Shown: positions 9,006-20,500, counted from the stretch's first letter. The stretch: DNA of 64,000 nt from an uncultured Rivularia sp. (GCA_963665115.1 OY762007.1:672001-736000), one strand, 5' to 3'. The notes: generated by a model not told the origin, from the sequence alone. Numbers and translations are program-made.

Positions 9006-9034
9006 AAAAACCCGGTCGTTATGACTGGGTTTTT
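9006..9034 (+). terminator. Intrinsic terminator, possibly bidirectional
   Basis: AAAAA CCCGGTC GTTAT GACTGGG TTTTT. Confidence 0.7.
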
Positions 9035-9127
9035 GATGTTTAAAGACTAGGTAATAAAAAATATTCAGCAATTCTAACTGGTTGTGATACCCTATCTGAA
9101 ATTAGCTACTATATTTAAGTATTCAAG

Positions 9128-10210
9128 ATGACAAAATTAAAGGTAGGTTTACTTTTTGGCGGTGTATCTGGAGAACATGAAGTTTCTATTGTTTCAGCAA
9201 AAGCAATTTCGGAAGCTCTAACTGCTGAACAAAACGCCAATAAGTACGAATTATTGCCTTTTTATATTAAAAAAGATGGTTCTTGGCAAAGTCCCGATGT
9301 TGCACGTCAGGTTTTATCATCGGGAGAAGCATTATCAAGTGAATCTAAACCCAATCTTTGGCAATTCCCAGCAGAAGCGGAAACAATTGATGTATGGTTT
9401 CCCATTCTTCACGGCCCAAATGGGGAAGATGGTACTATTCAAGGATTGCTGAGTTTGATGCAAGTTCCTTTTGTGGGTTCCGGGGTGCTGGGTTCATCTG
9501 CCGGTATGGATAAAATTGGCATGAAATCCATATTTGCTCAAGCCGGATTGCCGCAAGTTAAGTATATGGCTTTAACTAGAGAGCAAGTTTGGTCAAATCC
9601 TTGTGTCTTTCCAAAACTTTGCGATGACATCGAGCAAACTTTGGGTTATCCTTGTTTCGTTAAACCCGCTAACTTGGGTTCATCCGTCGGGATTGCCAAA
9701 GTGCGATCGCGCTCGGAATTAGAAGCCGCTTTGGATAGTGCAGCCAGTTATGACCGTAGAATTATTGTAGAAGCTGGAGTCACAGCGAGAGAAGTTGAAT
9801 GCGCTGTTTTGGGCAATGACAGCCCCAAAGCTTCGACCGTCGGTGAAATCACTTACGAAAGTGACTTCTATGACTACGAAACTAAATATACTAGTGGCAA
9901 AGCAGATTTACTGATTCCCGCACCGTTACCAAATGGTGTAATTGAGCAAATTCAGGAGCAAGCAATACAGGCATTCACCGCTCTTGACTGCGCCGGTTTA
10001 GCACGAGTAGATTTCTTCTATGTTGAAGCTACAGGAGAAGTTTTAATTAATGAAATCAATACTTTGCCAGGTTTTACTGCAACAAGTATGTATCCGCAAC
10101 TTTGGGCAAGCAGTGGCGTTTCGTTCCCCAAGTTAGTCGATCGACTTGTTCAATTTGCAATAGAAATAAATTCAGTTCCAGAAAATAGCCAGGTAGCTTT
10201 AAGCACCTAA
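9128..10210 (+). CDS. ddl: D-alanine--D-alanine ligase
   Basis: [52 protein letters not shown]. Confidence 0.97.
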   Translation: MTKLKVGLLFGGVSGEHEVSIVSAKAISEALTAEQNANKYELLPFYIKKDGSWQSPDVARQVLSSGEALSSESKPNLWQFPAEAETIDVWFPILHGPNGEDGTIQGLLSLMQVPFVGSGVLGSSAGMDKIGMKSIFAQAGLPQVKYMALTREQVWSNPCVFPKLCDDIEQTLGYPCFVKPANLGSSVGIAKVRSRSELEAALDSAASYDRRIIVEAGVTAREVECAVLGNDSPKASTVGEITYESDFYDYETKYTSGKADLLIPAPLPNGVIEQIQEQAIQAFTALDCAGLARVDFFYVEATGEVLINEINTLPGFTATSMYPQLWASSGVSFPKLVDRLVQFAIEINSVPENSQVALST

Positions 10211-10349
10211 CTGTTGTTGAGAAAAAGCGGATTAAGTAGTCTAAACTTCTAAAAAAGACTACTTAAATTTAGATGACGAATACGGATACGTCAAACCTCT
10301 GAACTCCAGTACAATCTATATCTTGAGAAGTACAAATCTGAAAAAAGTC

Positions 10350-11033
10350 ATGCAAAACACTCAGAGTGTACAGCAGGAATCGTCTGAAGTCAAAGAGTCC
10401 GCACCCGTTTCAGACAATAGCGAACCGAAAAGCAAAATAAATAGGTTTAAAAATTTAACGATCTATTTATTTACGCATTACCCCTGGCTATTTTTGGCTG
10501 GTTTGTTATTAATGTTTTTGGGAGGGGGTGCCCTATCGATATACAGTTTGGGTTATGTAGATGAAAGTTTAAAGCGTAAAGAGTCGGAAACATTGCAAGC
10601 TGAGGTAATACCCCCGAAAGCACCCGATCAAACAGAAGAAAGCAATAAGAATCCGATACCTTTATGGATGGTAGCTGCTATAGCTCTCAGTTGTGCTAGT
10701 GGATGCTTAGTGATTTTAAAAGTTCTTAACCGTCCGAAGCAAAAACAAAAACTTAAGAGACAGGTTGTTAATCGTGATGAAATACGTTTAGCACAGCGAC
10801 GCTTTCAAGCAATGGAAGCACGTTTACCAAAAAGAAAGGCACCCGCTCGCCCACCCGGTGCGCGCAGAACTCCTATAATGGCTATGCCTCCACAAAAACC
10901 TCAGCCAAAACCTGTTGTAACAGTTTTACCACCAGAACACAATTTTCAGCCGAATCAAACAAATCAAGATTCCTTAGCTGATGTGATGGATATTCGCAAG
11001 CAGACATCTCTGTCTTCAATGTTACGTAAGTAG
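10350..11033 (+). CDS. Cyanobacterial hypothetical membrane protein
   Basis: Two hydrophobic segments, Pro-rich tail, SLADVMDIRKQTSLSS C-terminus; start uncertain (10323 or 10350). Confidence 0.7.
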   Translation: MQNTQSVQQESSEVKESAPVSDNSEPKSKINRFKNLTIYLFTHYPWLFLAGLLLMFLGGGALSIYSLGYVDESLKRKESETLQAEVIPPKAPDQTEESNKNPIPLWMVAAIALSCASGCLVILKVLNRPKQKQKLKRQVVNRDEIRLAQRRFQAMEARLPKRKAPARPPGARRTPIMAMPPQKPQPKPVVTVLPPEHNFQPNQTNQDSLADVMDIRKQTSLSSMLRK

Positions 11034-11261
11034 AAGTTAACGGTTCTTCCAGTACTGGTTATATTAGTTAGATTTTCTAAAAAAGCGAACGAGAAAGGAG
11101 AATAGGCAAAATTTTTAAATAATCAAGCACTTAATTAGCTAAATTTAACTCATTGTTTAAAAGCTAATAATTAAGAGTAAAAATTAAAAAACTAGAATTA
11201 TCCACGCTTTCGAGGACTTACTATCGAAATGCGTGTTTTTTGTATGAAATGGGGAATAACT

Positions 11262-11394
11262 AATATTCCTCTAACCCAAAATTGCCGGGTGAAGACAGGG
11301 AGGGGAAAAATTTTCTGATGGGTAGAGGTAGTACGAGCTTCTAACTCGCTGGTTGTCACGAGGGCGTTACCCGGCAAAATTAATATGGTGGAGT
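11262..11394. mobile_element. Degenerate MITE related to the IS630-derived MITEs at 36.4-38.0 kb
   Basis: Shares CTCGCTGGTTGTCACGAGGG and ACCC.GCAAAATTAAT.TGGTGGAGT with 36418-36543. Confidence 0.6.
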
Positions 11395-11722
11395 TCTCGA
11401 ATGCATCAAAAAATATAACTATCCAACCAGAGTTAAAGGTTTTTCAGCAGAAATCGGCTATAAATCAAGCAAATAACGGCTTTATTGCTTGCTTTTCAAA
11501 ACAAATTAAGAAACCTGCCAATATGGCAACCATCTCACAGTTTACTCAGTTATCTTTAATCAAGATAAACGACTTCAAGGGTGTTGTTATCAGGGTGTAT
11601 CACTTCAATAACAAACAGGTGATACACTTTTTACCACTAAATTGTCTTTTCTTTAAGGGATATATATCCTACCAAAAGAATAAGATAATTGTCAATCTCA
11701 AAAATTCAAAAAAATAAAGTTT

Positions 11723-11881
11723 CGTTTGTTGCATTAGGAATACCAACCGCGTACAAAGATTGCGTTGACCCAAACAGCCCCCAAAATCAGGGCAATGTTT
11801 GTACGTATTCCAGAACGCTTCAGCAACGAACGTAAGAATGGGAGTGAATGCTTATGATATGCATCCTCCCATTCTTATTTT
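11723..11881 (+). ncRNA. Candidate structured non-coding RNA
   Basis: Nested stems CGTTTGTTGC/GCAACGAACG, GGAATAC/GTATTCC and CGTACAAAGATTGC/GCAATGTTTGTACG, followed by a TAAGAATGGGAG/CTCCCATTCTTA hairpin and T-run. Confidence 0.4.
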
Positions 11882-11885
11882 AATA

Positions 11886-11963
11886 GTAGGGAGTAGGGAG
11901 TAGGGAGTAGGGAGTAGAGAGTAGGGAGTAGGGAGTAGGGAGTAGGGAGTAGAGAGTAGGGAG
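11886..11963. repeat. STRR heptamer tract (TAGGGAG)n
   Basis: About 11 tandem heptamers; similar STRR tracts near 6672, 16780, 17425, 31705, 32695, 54835, 58220-58420 and 60450-60590. Confidence 0.9.
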
Positions 11964-12016
11964 TTAGTTGAGTAAAATCTCCTTGTCTCCTTGTCTCCCG
12001 CTCTCCCCATCCCTGG

Positions 12017-12976
12017 CTATAAAAAATTAGTATTTCTTAAAAATTCAATTGTGGCTATTTCGATTGCATCTGCTGCACCGCTTGAAGCGTCATGATGGCA
12101 ATTAGCTAAAAGTTGAAATTGAGATAAGGCAAGTCTATCATGTAACTTTTTTCCATCTTCAAGCGGGAACCAGTTATCTTGTTCTCCCCACATAATTAAT
12201 GTCGGACATTCTATATTAATTAAATTGTCTTGAATTTTACTTAACCAATTAGGCTTATTGTTTTGACAATTTTCAATTTCTCGTGCAGCAATTTGTAATT
12301 CCTGAGCAACTTTAAGAAAAGTACCGGGAAACTCAATATATGGGTAGGTTATCCAGAATACGTTTTCTTGAGTCAACTTAGAAGGGTCGTATAATACGTT
12401 ACGCCTTTCTATTGCCATGATTTCTCGGATCAATGGTGCAAAAAGGTAGCTCAAACGTAACCTGTCAATTACTTCGATTAATTCTAAAGGTGTTTGAGCA
12501 AGGATTGACATACCCCAATGAGGAAGTTTTTTAGCGAATATTGGAACATTAACAACCATTAATCGAGAAACTAGTTCGGGATATTCTTCGGCAAAGGCAA
12601 GAGCAATTAAAGCTCCTAAAGATTCTGATAAAATAGCTACAGGTTGAATGTCCTTCGGACACGCTTCGCTAACGCATAATGCAGTAATAATTCGTTGCAA
12701 TTCAATTACTTGATGACCTGTAGTTTCTTCACGATGTAAAGGTTTTTCTGAGAATCCGAAACCTTTAGCATCAAAACATATAACTCGAAAATATTTAGAT
12801 AAAGGTTCGATAAGATAGCGCCAATTATAGCTCCAGCTACCAATACCATGCAGTAAAAATAACGGTTTACCAGTACCTTTTTCACCATAGGCAATTTGTA
12901 CGGGATAACCTTGACTATCAGTAATCGTTACTTGTTGTTGTCCTTGGGGAAAAGTATCTTGCCACCAGTCTTTCAT
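12017..12976 (-). CDS. Alpha/beta fold hydrolase
   Basis: LLHGIGSWSYNW, DAKGFGFS, ESLG nucleophile elbow, PTLIMWGEQD, CHH. Confidence 0.88.
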   Translation of the reverse strand: MKDWWQDTFPQGQQQVTITDSQGYPVQIAYGEKGTGKPLFLLHGIGSWSYNWRYLIEPLSKYFRVICFDAKGFGFSEKPLHREETTGHQVIELQRIITALCVSEACPKDIQPVAILSESLGALIALAFAEEYPELVSRLMVVNVPIFAKKLPHWGMSILAQTPLELIEVIDRLRLSYLFAPLIREIMAIERRNVLYDPSKLTQENVFWITYPYIEFPGTFLKVAQELQIAAREIENCQNNKPNWLSKIQDNLINIECPTLIMWGEQDNWFPLEDGKKLHDRLALSQFQLLANCHHDASSGAADAIEIATIEFLRNTNFL

Positions 12977-13100
12977 ATCAGTTAACAGTTATCAATTATC
13001 AGTTATCAATGGGGGATTGGGGATTGGGCATTGGAAATCAGGTAATATTATTCGGTTAGAAGTTCCAACTTTTGAAGTATTAACTCTTAACTGTTCACTG

Positions 13101-13607
13101 TTAACTGCCTGTAATAATTCCCCAAATAAATCTTGTAACAACTACAGAAAATGCTACTAAACTAATAGCAAGTAATAACAATACAGCCAAAAGTACAAAT
13201 ACAAACCAAGTATCTGCTCTTTTCTTTTGGCTGGGGAATTTTAAATGTTCTTCTAATAACTTGATATTATGGTCGTTGGATTTCCAAGCAAAATCGAAGA
13301 AATCTCCTAAAATGGGTATTACACCAACTAAGGCATCAATAATAATATTTACTGTCATTCTGCCTAAAGTCGCTTTTGAAGCACCCAATCGTGCGGCTTC
13401 TAAAACAATATAGGCTGAAAGCATAACACCTATAAAATCACCACCTGCGGGTAGCAATCCTAAAATAGGATCTAAACCTACACCAATTCCGGTTCCGGGA
13501 ATAGTAATAGCTTTATCTAATATGCGACTTAAAGTTCGCAGACGCTTTAAAGTTGGTGCTTTGGTATCGGGATTGAGAGAATAGAATTGAGAGGGTGGCA
13601 AAGACAT
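13101..13607 (-). CDS. DUF4112 family membrane protein
   Basis: LDKAITIPGT..GLDPILGLLP..GD and GDFFDFAWKSN motifs. Confidence 0.85.
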   Translation of the reverse strand: MSLPPSQFYSLNPDTKAPTLKRLRTLSRILDKAITIPGTGIGVGLDPILGLLPAGGDFIGVMLSAYIVLEAARLGASKATLGRMTVNIIIDALVGVIPILGDFFDFAWKSNDHNIKLLEEHLKFPSQKKRADTWFVFVLLAVLLLLAISLVAFSVVVTRFIWGIITGS

Positions 13608-13701
13608 GGGAGGAATGACTTTTATATAAGTAAATCGCAGCTTCTATTACTGTTATAGTTGAATATTGTGCCGTGTTGCAGTGAAGATGTAGTTTGAAAT
13701 A

Positions 13702-14604
13702 CTAATCAATTTCTTTAACTGAATTTGGATACATACTTTCACCCACGGTAACGTTTAATTGATTGCCTATTAGTATTACGGCAGCAGTCATGTAAAGCCA
13801 TAGCATAAGTACAATAACAGTACCAATAGTGCCATATGCTTTATTATAATTGCCAAAATTCGCTACATAAATTCGGAATAAATTTGAAACAAATGCCCAG
13901 CAAATAGCTGCAAATATTGCCCCCGGCATAATTGGTGTGCCTTTTTTCCAGCGACTGGGACCAAAACGGTAAATAAACCCGAAAGCAGAAGCTACAATTA
14001 TTAATGCTAAAGGAATACGCATCAAATCCCATAAGTAAGTCAGAAAATTTAAATATCCAGCAGATTTAATAACTACAAAGTTCAAAAGTTTTCCACTGAT
14101 AAAGACTAAAACACAAGCTATTAGTAAAAGGATGATAGTACCAATTGTTAATGCTAAAGATACTAATTTTGCTTTCCAGAATGGACGTATATTATCTGGA
14201 GATGTTTGTTGAATTTGATCTAAAGCCGTCATTGCGGTACTAATTGCACCGGAAGATGTCCATAGGGCAGCTACAAAACTTAGAGAAAACAAGCCGCCAT
14301 TTTTTGAGTTAGCAATTTCATTACTAGCAAATTCAGTAATTAAATTTAAAGCATCTTCAGGTGCAACTTTACTAAGTTGTTCTGCTAAATCCTTAAATAT
14401 ATCTTGTAAGCCTTCTTCTAATAAACCGATTGCCGTCAAAATAGCAAGTATCGCCGGGAATAAAGATAATATTGCATTATAAGCAATTTCCGAAGATAAA
14501 CCTAAAAGTCTGCGTTTACCTACATTGACAACGATTTGTTTAATAGTTTTGAAATTAAGATGACGTAAGAATTTCCAAAATCGAGGTTTTATCATGTCAA
14601 TCAT
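13702..14604 (-). CDS. YihY/virulence factor BrkB family membrane protein
   Basis: IAYNAILSLFP, YRFGP, YNKAYGTIGTVIVLMLWLY. Confidence 0.9.
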   Translation of the reverse strand: MIDMIKPRFWKFLRHLNFKTIKQIVVNVGKRRLLGLSSEIAYNAILSLFPAILAILTAIGLLEEGLQDIFKDLAEQLSKVAPEDALNLITEFASNEIANSKNGGLFSLSFVAALWTSSGAISTAMTALDQIQQTSPDNIRPFWKAKLVSLALTIGTIILLLIACVLVFISGKLLNFVVIKSAGYLNFLTYLWDLMRIPLALIIVASAFGFIYRFGPSRWKKGTPIMPGAIFAAICWAFVSNLFRIYVANFGNYNKAYGTIGTVIVLMLWLYMTAAVILIGNQLNVTVGESMYPNSVKEID

Positions 14605-14772
14605 CAGTTATCGATTATCAATTCATAATTATCACCTGTTGAGTGCAGTTTAGAAAGGGAAAGGGGGGATAGGGATGGGGGGAAATTTTGAGAGTAGTGA
14701 GTAAAGGATAATAAGTAAAAAATTTAATTTACCAGCTACTTACAAATATTAACCTTTAACTTATAACTCTCA

Positions 14773-15027
14773 ACTCTCTACTTATTCTTAACTCTCTACT
14801 TACTACTCACTACTCTCTACTTATTCTTAACTCTCTACTTACTACTCACTACTCGCTACTTATTTTTGACTCTCTACTTACTACTCACTACTCGCTACTT
14901 ATTTTTGACTCTCTACTTACTACTCACTACTCGCTACTTATTCTTAACTCTCTACTTACTACTTACTACTCTCTACTTATTCTTAACTCTCTACTCACTA
15001 CTCGCTACTTATTCTTAACTCTCTACT
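14773..15027. repeat. ~39-bp higher-order tandem repeat (about 6 copies) overlapping the stop codon of the DUF389 gene
   Basis: Unit ACTCTCTACTTATTCTTAACTCTCTACTTACTACTCACT with minor variants; no unique spacers. Confidence 0.8.
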
Positions 15028-16770
15028 AATTTAAGAATGGCATTTGCTTGGGATTCTTCGCCAAGTTGTTCGATTATTCGTTTTCGATCAATTTTCCATT
15101 TCAATTCAAGATATTCTTTAATTATTTTTGCGCGGGTTTGACTGGTTTCTAATGATTCTTCTTGTTTTTGATTGGCAATTATTTTTAAGCTTAAAGCTGG
15201 TTGTTGCTGCAAAATGGAAGCAATATTATCTAAAAGTTGCAGGTTTTGGGGTGTAAGTACTGTTGATTTGTCTTGAAAGTCAATTTTTCCGGTATTTGCA
15301 GCAATTCTCTTCATGCTGACTTTTGTTAATGGATAATTCAGCCTCTGTCTAATTTCGTTTGCCAGTAAAACTTGAGCGTCTTTATCAATTTCTCGTTCGC
15401 TTAAATATACTATGCGGATAGCCATAGATTTATTTTGACTGGTAATTACCTCGTAATCGATCATTTTTGCAGGTGGTGGAAGCTTGAAATTAAGTAAAGC
15501 CGATCTTACTTCTTGTAATAAATTTGTTTGCAATTCTGCAATGGTAATTAGTGGCTCAGCAGGTTCTTCTTCAGGTATTGCGTTTAAAATTTCGCTTTGT
15601 GCTGTGGGAATTTCGATTAAATTTAAAGAGATTAATTCTGGAGGCTTGTTTAAACGTTTAGCTAACAGTTCGACAAAGTAATTTTGTTCTCCCGGCGTAT
15701 ATAATCTGCTAGTGAAAATATGAAGTTGAACCATCAACTTTTGATTGAGTTCGCGAGTTGATATTTGACTAATAAAAGAACGCGGCTCGCCGTTAAGTGA
15801 ATTGGCAAATTCTTCGAGCCAAATACTTCTCACTCCCGAATTTATATTATTTTCCTTTTGTTTAATAACTATTTCTTGTCGGAGTTGAATAAATGACTGG
15901 TAAAGTGGAATTAAAATAGTCAAAATAGTAATTACAATTAGAAAAAACCTACCGGGAAGGCTACCAATTCTTTTGAAGCGCTTTGATTCGGGGAATATTT
16001 CTAAAAGATTTTTTACCCACACAGTTTCTCGATGTTTTTTTCGCCATTCTCTTATTTTTTGTTTTGTTCTTACGCTATCAATATGTAAAGCAAGAAAAAC
16101 AGTCATTGCGGTAAAAGTAATTGCTACCAAATTGGTGAAAAACAACAATCCACCACCTTTCGCAACCCGCAATCCATTAACCATATTTACGCTGAGTGCA
16201 ATACCAAATCCATAGCCCACAACACATAAAGGTGGCATCAAAGCAACTGCGATCGCAACCCCAGGAATAGAAGTCGCAACCCCCTTCGGCTTCTTACAAA
16301 CTGCCACGGAAACCCACAGCGCCAGAAAATAGAGCTACTACCAAATCCAGAATATTCGGTTGAGTACGTGCCAAAATTTCCGGAGTCATTTCCTTGAAAG
16401 GTAGTACTGTAACTAGAAGCACCGCAAATAAGATAGCAACCAAACAAGAAAGCGCAAGTTTGATAATTGCCCGCAGAGCTAAAATTACATCACCAGCAGC
16501 CAAAGCCAAACCGTTACCCAAGATACTCCCCATCAAAGGAGAAATTAACATCGCTCCAATAATTACCGCAGGGCTATTAAGCACCAACCCCACAGTGGCG
16601 ATACCAGCAGCAAAAATCACCTCAATCCAATAGCTAACATCTCTAAGGCTTACAGAATCGCATATACCTAGATAAACCTCTTCCTTACGAGCAGCATCAA
16701 TGCCCAAATTATCCGAAAGCCAATCTCGAAGCCTACCAACCGTTTGATGTTCTTTATCTTGCTGATTCAT
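15015..16770 (-). CDS. DUF389-domain membrane protein with OmpA-like C-terminal region; split by one extra base near 16311
   Basis: NSPAVIIGAMLISPLMG...ARTQPNILDLVVALFSG in ORF 16294-16770 continues as VAVCKK...IPGVAIAVALMPPL in ORF 15015-16307. Confidence 0.8.
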
Positions 16771-16962
16771 ATTTTATTTGGTAATTGGTAATTGGTAATT
16801 GGGCATCGGGCATTGGGCATGGGGCATCGGGCATTGGTAATTGATAACTGTTTTTTATCCTACGCACCAAAGTATCGTAAATATATAGTGGTGCGATACT
16901 AAGTTGCACCGTTGGTAATAAAATTTTTAAGAAGAATAAACAAAATACATAAGTAATTTTCT

Positions 16963-17421
16963 ATGAGTGAAGATTTAACTAAGCAATGGTTGACGGAAAT
17001 TCAATCTATGAAACAGCAGATAGCTCAACTGAAAGCCGAGCAGGTTGGTACTTGGGAAAGTGCAGAGAAATGGCGTAAGCTTTACAACACCGAAGCCGAA
17101 CAACGTCGTACCGATTCTCAACTTTTCCGGCAAACAGTTGCTTCTCTGAAAGCAGAAATTCAACAACTAAAAGGTATAGAAGATGGCACACTTCCCGATA
17201 GCGATACAGTCACAGCGATTCAGCAAGAAGTAGCCCAACTTTCTTCATTAGAAGAATTGAAAAGTAAATTAACTGCTTCTATGAAAGAACGCGATCGCCT
17301 TTTACAAGCTTTGAAAACCGAACAAGATAAACATTCGCAAACCCGCCAAAGTCTAACCACCGCATTAGGTGACGCTATCGATGGTTTTAAAAAGCAGAAA
17401 TCAGCGAGCAGTGAGGAGTAA
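16963..17421 (+). CDS. Coiled-coil hypothetical protein
   Basis: 152-aa heptad-rich ORF (WRKLYNTEAEQRR; HSQTRQSLTTALGDAID). Confidence 0.75.
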   Translation: MSEDLTKQWLTEIQSMKQQIAQLKAEQVGTWESAEKWRKLYNTEAEQRRTDSQLFRQTVASLKAEIQQLKGIEDGTLPDSDTVTAIQQEVAQLSSLEELKSKLTASMKERDRLLQALKTEQDKHSQTRQSLTTALGDAIDGFKKQKSASSEE

Positions 17422-17512
17422 TCAATTAACAATTAACAATTACCAATTAACAATTAACAATTACCAATTACCAATGCCCAATCCCCAATCCCCCATGCCC
17501 AATTACCAATTA

Positions 17513-20500
17513 TTAATCAATGGCTTCGAGGATTTTGTCAAATTGGAAGTTTTCGGCGAAATATTTGAGGGTTTTTGTTAGTTGAGCATTTTGGGGGGGA
17601 TTTTCTTCTAATATCTCAAAAATAAGGTTGTCGCTGCATTGGGCTGCTGCTTGTCGCATTTTTGCTCGCCATTCAGGGCACATTGAAGATAATAATTTAC
17701 GTAAATTAGCTGATGTGAAATTGTCTGTTGATGTGGTATTTGCTTTATGGGTAGTGGAGTTTTCTTTTTGATATGAATATTGGACTCCAAGGTGTTGATT
17801 GATTTTTTCTAGTAATGTTTCTTTTGGAAATGGTTTATCGATCAAATCATCGCAACCGGCTGCTATAATTTCATGTTTTTGTTCTTCAAATACGTTTGCG
17901 GTTAAAGCAATAACTACCGTTTTATTAATAACTGAATTATCGGATACTGCTTCTTGCTGTCTGGTTTTAATAATTTTTGTAGCTTGATATCCATCCATGA
18001 TAGGCATTCGCATATCCATTAAGATCAAATGCGGTTCCCATTCTTCCCATTCGGTTACTGCTTGTGCGCCGTTAGCAGCTTCTTTGGTACTAAATCCAAG
18101 TTGAGAAAGCATTCTTATCAGTAGCAAACGACTTTCCGGACGGTCATCGACTACTAAAATGCGGTATTTTATTTGAGATGCTGCTAAACCAATTACTTGG
18201 CGGCTAGTTTTATCAATGTCGGTTTTGTGTGAAGAAGCAAGACTTACTTGAATATCAAAAGTAAATTTGGAACCAACTTCGGGAGTACTTTCAGATGTAA
18301 TGTCTCCTCCCATTAGCTGCACGTACTTACGGCTGATTGCTAAACCCAATCCAGTTCCCTGCTGCGATTTTCTCCCAGCAGCAGTTTGTCTAAAAGCTTC
18401 AAATAAAAATCCAATTTCTTCAGGGGAAATCCCGATTCCGGTGTCAACGATTTCAAAGATTAGATGAATGGGGGGAGAGGGGATAGAGGGGGTAGAGGGG
18501 GTAGAGGGGGTAGAGGGGGTAGAAAGAGATAAATTAATATTCCCCTTATCTCCTTGTCTCCCCATCTCCTTGTCTCCTTGTCTCCCCATCTCCTTGTCTC
18601 CTTGTCTCCCCATCTCCTCCTCTCCCCCTTTCTCAACCCTGACGCTCAACTCAACGCTACCTTGACTGGTAAATTTAATCGCATTTCCTAAGAGGTTGAT
18701 TAAAACTTGACGCAGTTTGTTTGCGTCGCTTTTGATGCAACGGGGAATTTCTGCTGTTTTATGAAATGTGAGTTGCAATCCTTTGCTAGAAGCTCGGAAG
18801 CGTAACATTTCTTGGAGGTTATCTAAGAGTTTGTGTAAGTCGAATTCGGTAATATTTAATGATGTTCTACCTGCTTCTATTTTGGACATTTCGAGAATGT
18901 CGTTAATTAGGTTGAGTAAATGTTCGCCAGCACGGTTAATTATTGCGAATGTGTTTTGATGTTCTTTACTTATGGTTTTGTCTTGGCTCATCAATTCACT
19001 AAAACCTAAAATTGCACTTAGAGGAGTTCGCAATTCGTGGCTCATGTTTGTCAAAAACTCGCTTTTGGCACGGTTTGCTGCATCTGCGGCTATCACGGCT
19101 TGCTGTAGTGCTTCTGATTGATGTCGAGTTTTTGAAAGTAGCTGTACCTGTTGCAGTGCGACTCCTAACTGATTACCAATTTGTACTGCAATGCTAATTT
19201 CTCCAGTATTCCATTCACGGGGTGCGGAATTTTGATAGCTTGTCAGCAATCCCCAAAGTTGATTTCCGCAGAATATAGGAACAGTTATATAAGCTTTGGC
19301 TTGAAACTGTTCTAATAGATTAACGTAATACTCGTTGAATCCAGCTTGGTAAATGTCAGAAACGTAAATAAAACTTTCTCCGTTGTTGTAGCTATCTTGT
19401 TGGTTTTCTGAGAAATATGTTGTATCGCGCACTTCATTTAAATTACTGTTGAGATTGCGAATTATAGATCCGTCTTCTTCTAAAACAACGTTTTGAAAAT
19501 CTGTATTATCTTCTCCTGGGGACATTACCCTTCGCCACTCACTTCCTACCGACTCAGCAACGAAGCTACCGCAATCGTCTGCTTCCAATTGATAAACCAC
19601 AACGCGATCGCAATTTAAACAAAAGCGCAATTCTTCAGTGGTGGCGGTGAAAATTTGCTCTATATCTAAAGTTTGCCGCATTCTTTGTAGAGTTTGAGCG
19701 ATGGCTCTTTCTCTTTCGGCGCTTTCTTGTAAAGCTTGTTGGGCAAGTTTGATATCTGTAATATCGGTGACAGTGCCAATGTAGCCTTTAAATTCACCGT
19801 TTTCGTCAATTTCGGGTAATGCTTGACATATCACCCAAACTACTCTACCATCTGGACGCAGAAAACGATGGTCGCTGGCGAAGGGTATTTGTGCTTTTAC
19901 CGCTTGTTTCCATGCTCGTACAACTCGTTGGCAATCTTCTGGATGTAATGCTTTGATCCACCCTTCTCCTAGTGATTCTTCGGTGGAAAGTCTGGTAATT
20001 TCGCTCCAATGTTGATTAAAGTAAATGCACGAGCCATCAACATCGGTATTAATAATGGCAACTGGGGATGCTTCCGATAAATTTTTATACCGTCTCTGAG
20101 AGAGCTGTAAATCTAATTCGGTTTGCTTGCGTTCGTTGATATCTGCCCAGTAACCGACATATTCTAAAGGTTCGCCGTTGTGATTGCGTATTATTCGGAT
20201 TTGTTCTTGAAACCAATGATAGGTACCATCGCCGTGGAAAAAGCGATACTCGCAAGTAGCATATTCTTGATTTAAGGCTTGGGATAATTGCGATCGCAGT
20301 TTTGGTAAATCGTCTGGATGTACCTTATACTGCCAGAAACCGGAATTTGATAAAAATTGTTCTGCTTGATAACCAACAATTTCTTCGACGTTTTTACTAA
20401 TAAATGTATTCTCAAAGTTTCCATCAGCTAAACGGCTGAAAATTACTGCTGGAGAAGACTGTAATAAATATTGCAAACGTTCGGTTGCCAAACTCATTTG

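Noticed and set aside
11385..11717. 110-aa ORF in the intergenic region
   Set aside because: Begins inside a MITE remnant, AT-rich, no recognisable motif; probably spurious
14773..15027. Possible CRISPR array
   Set aside because: Low-complexity tandem units without spacers
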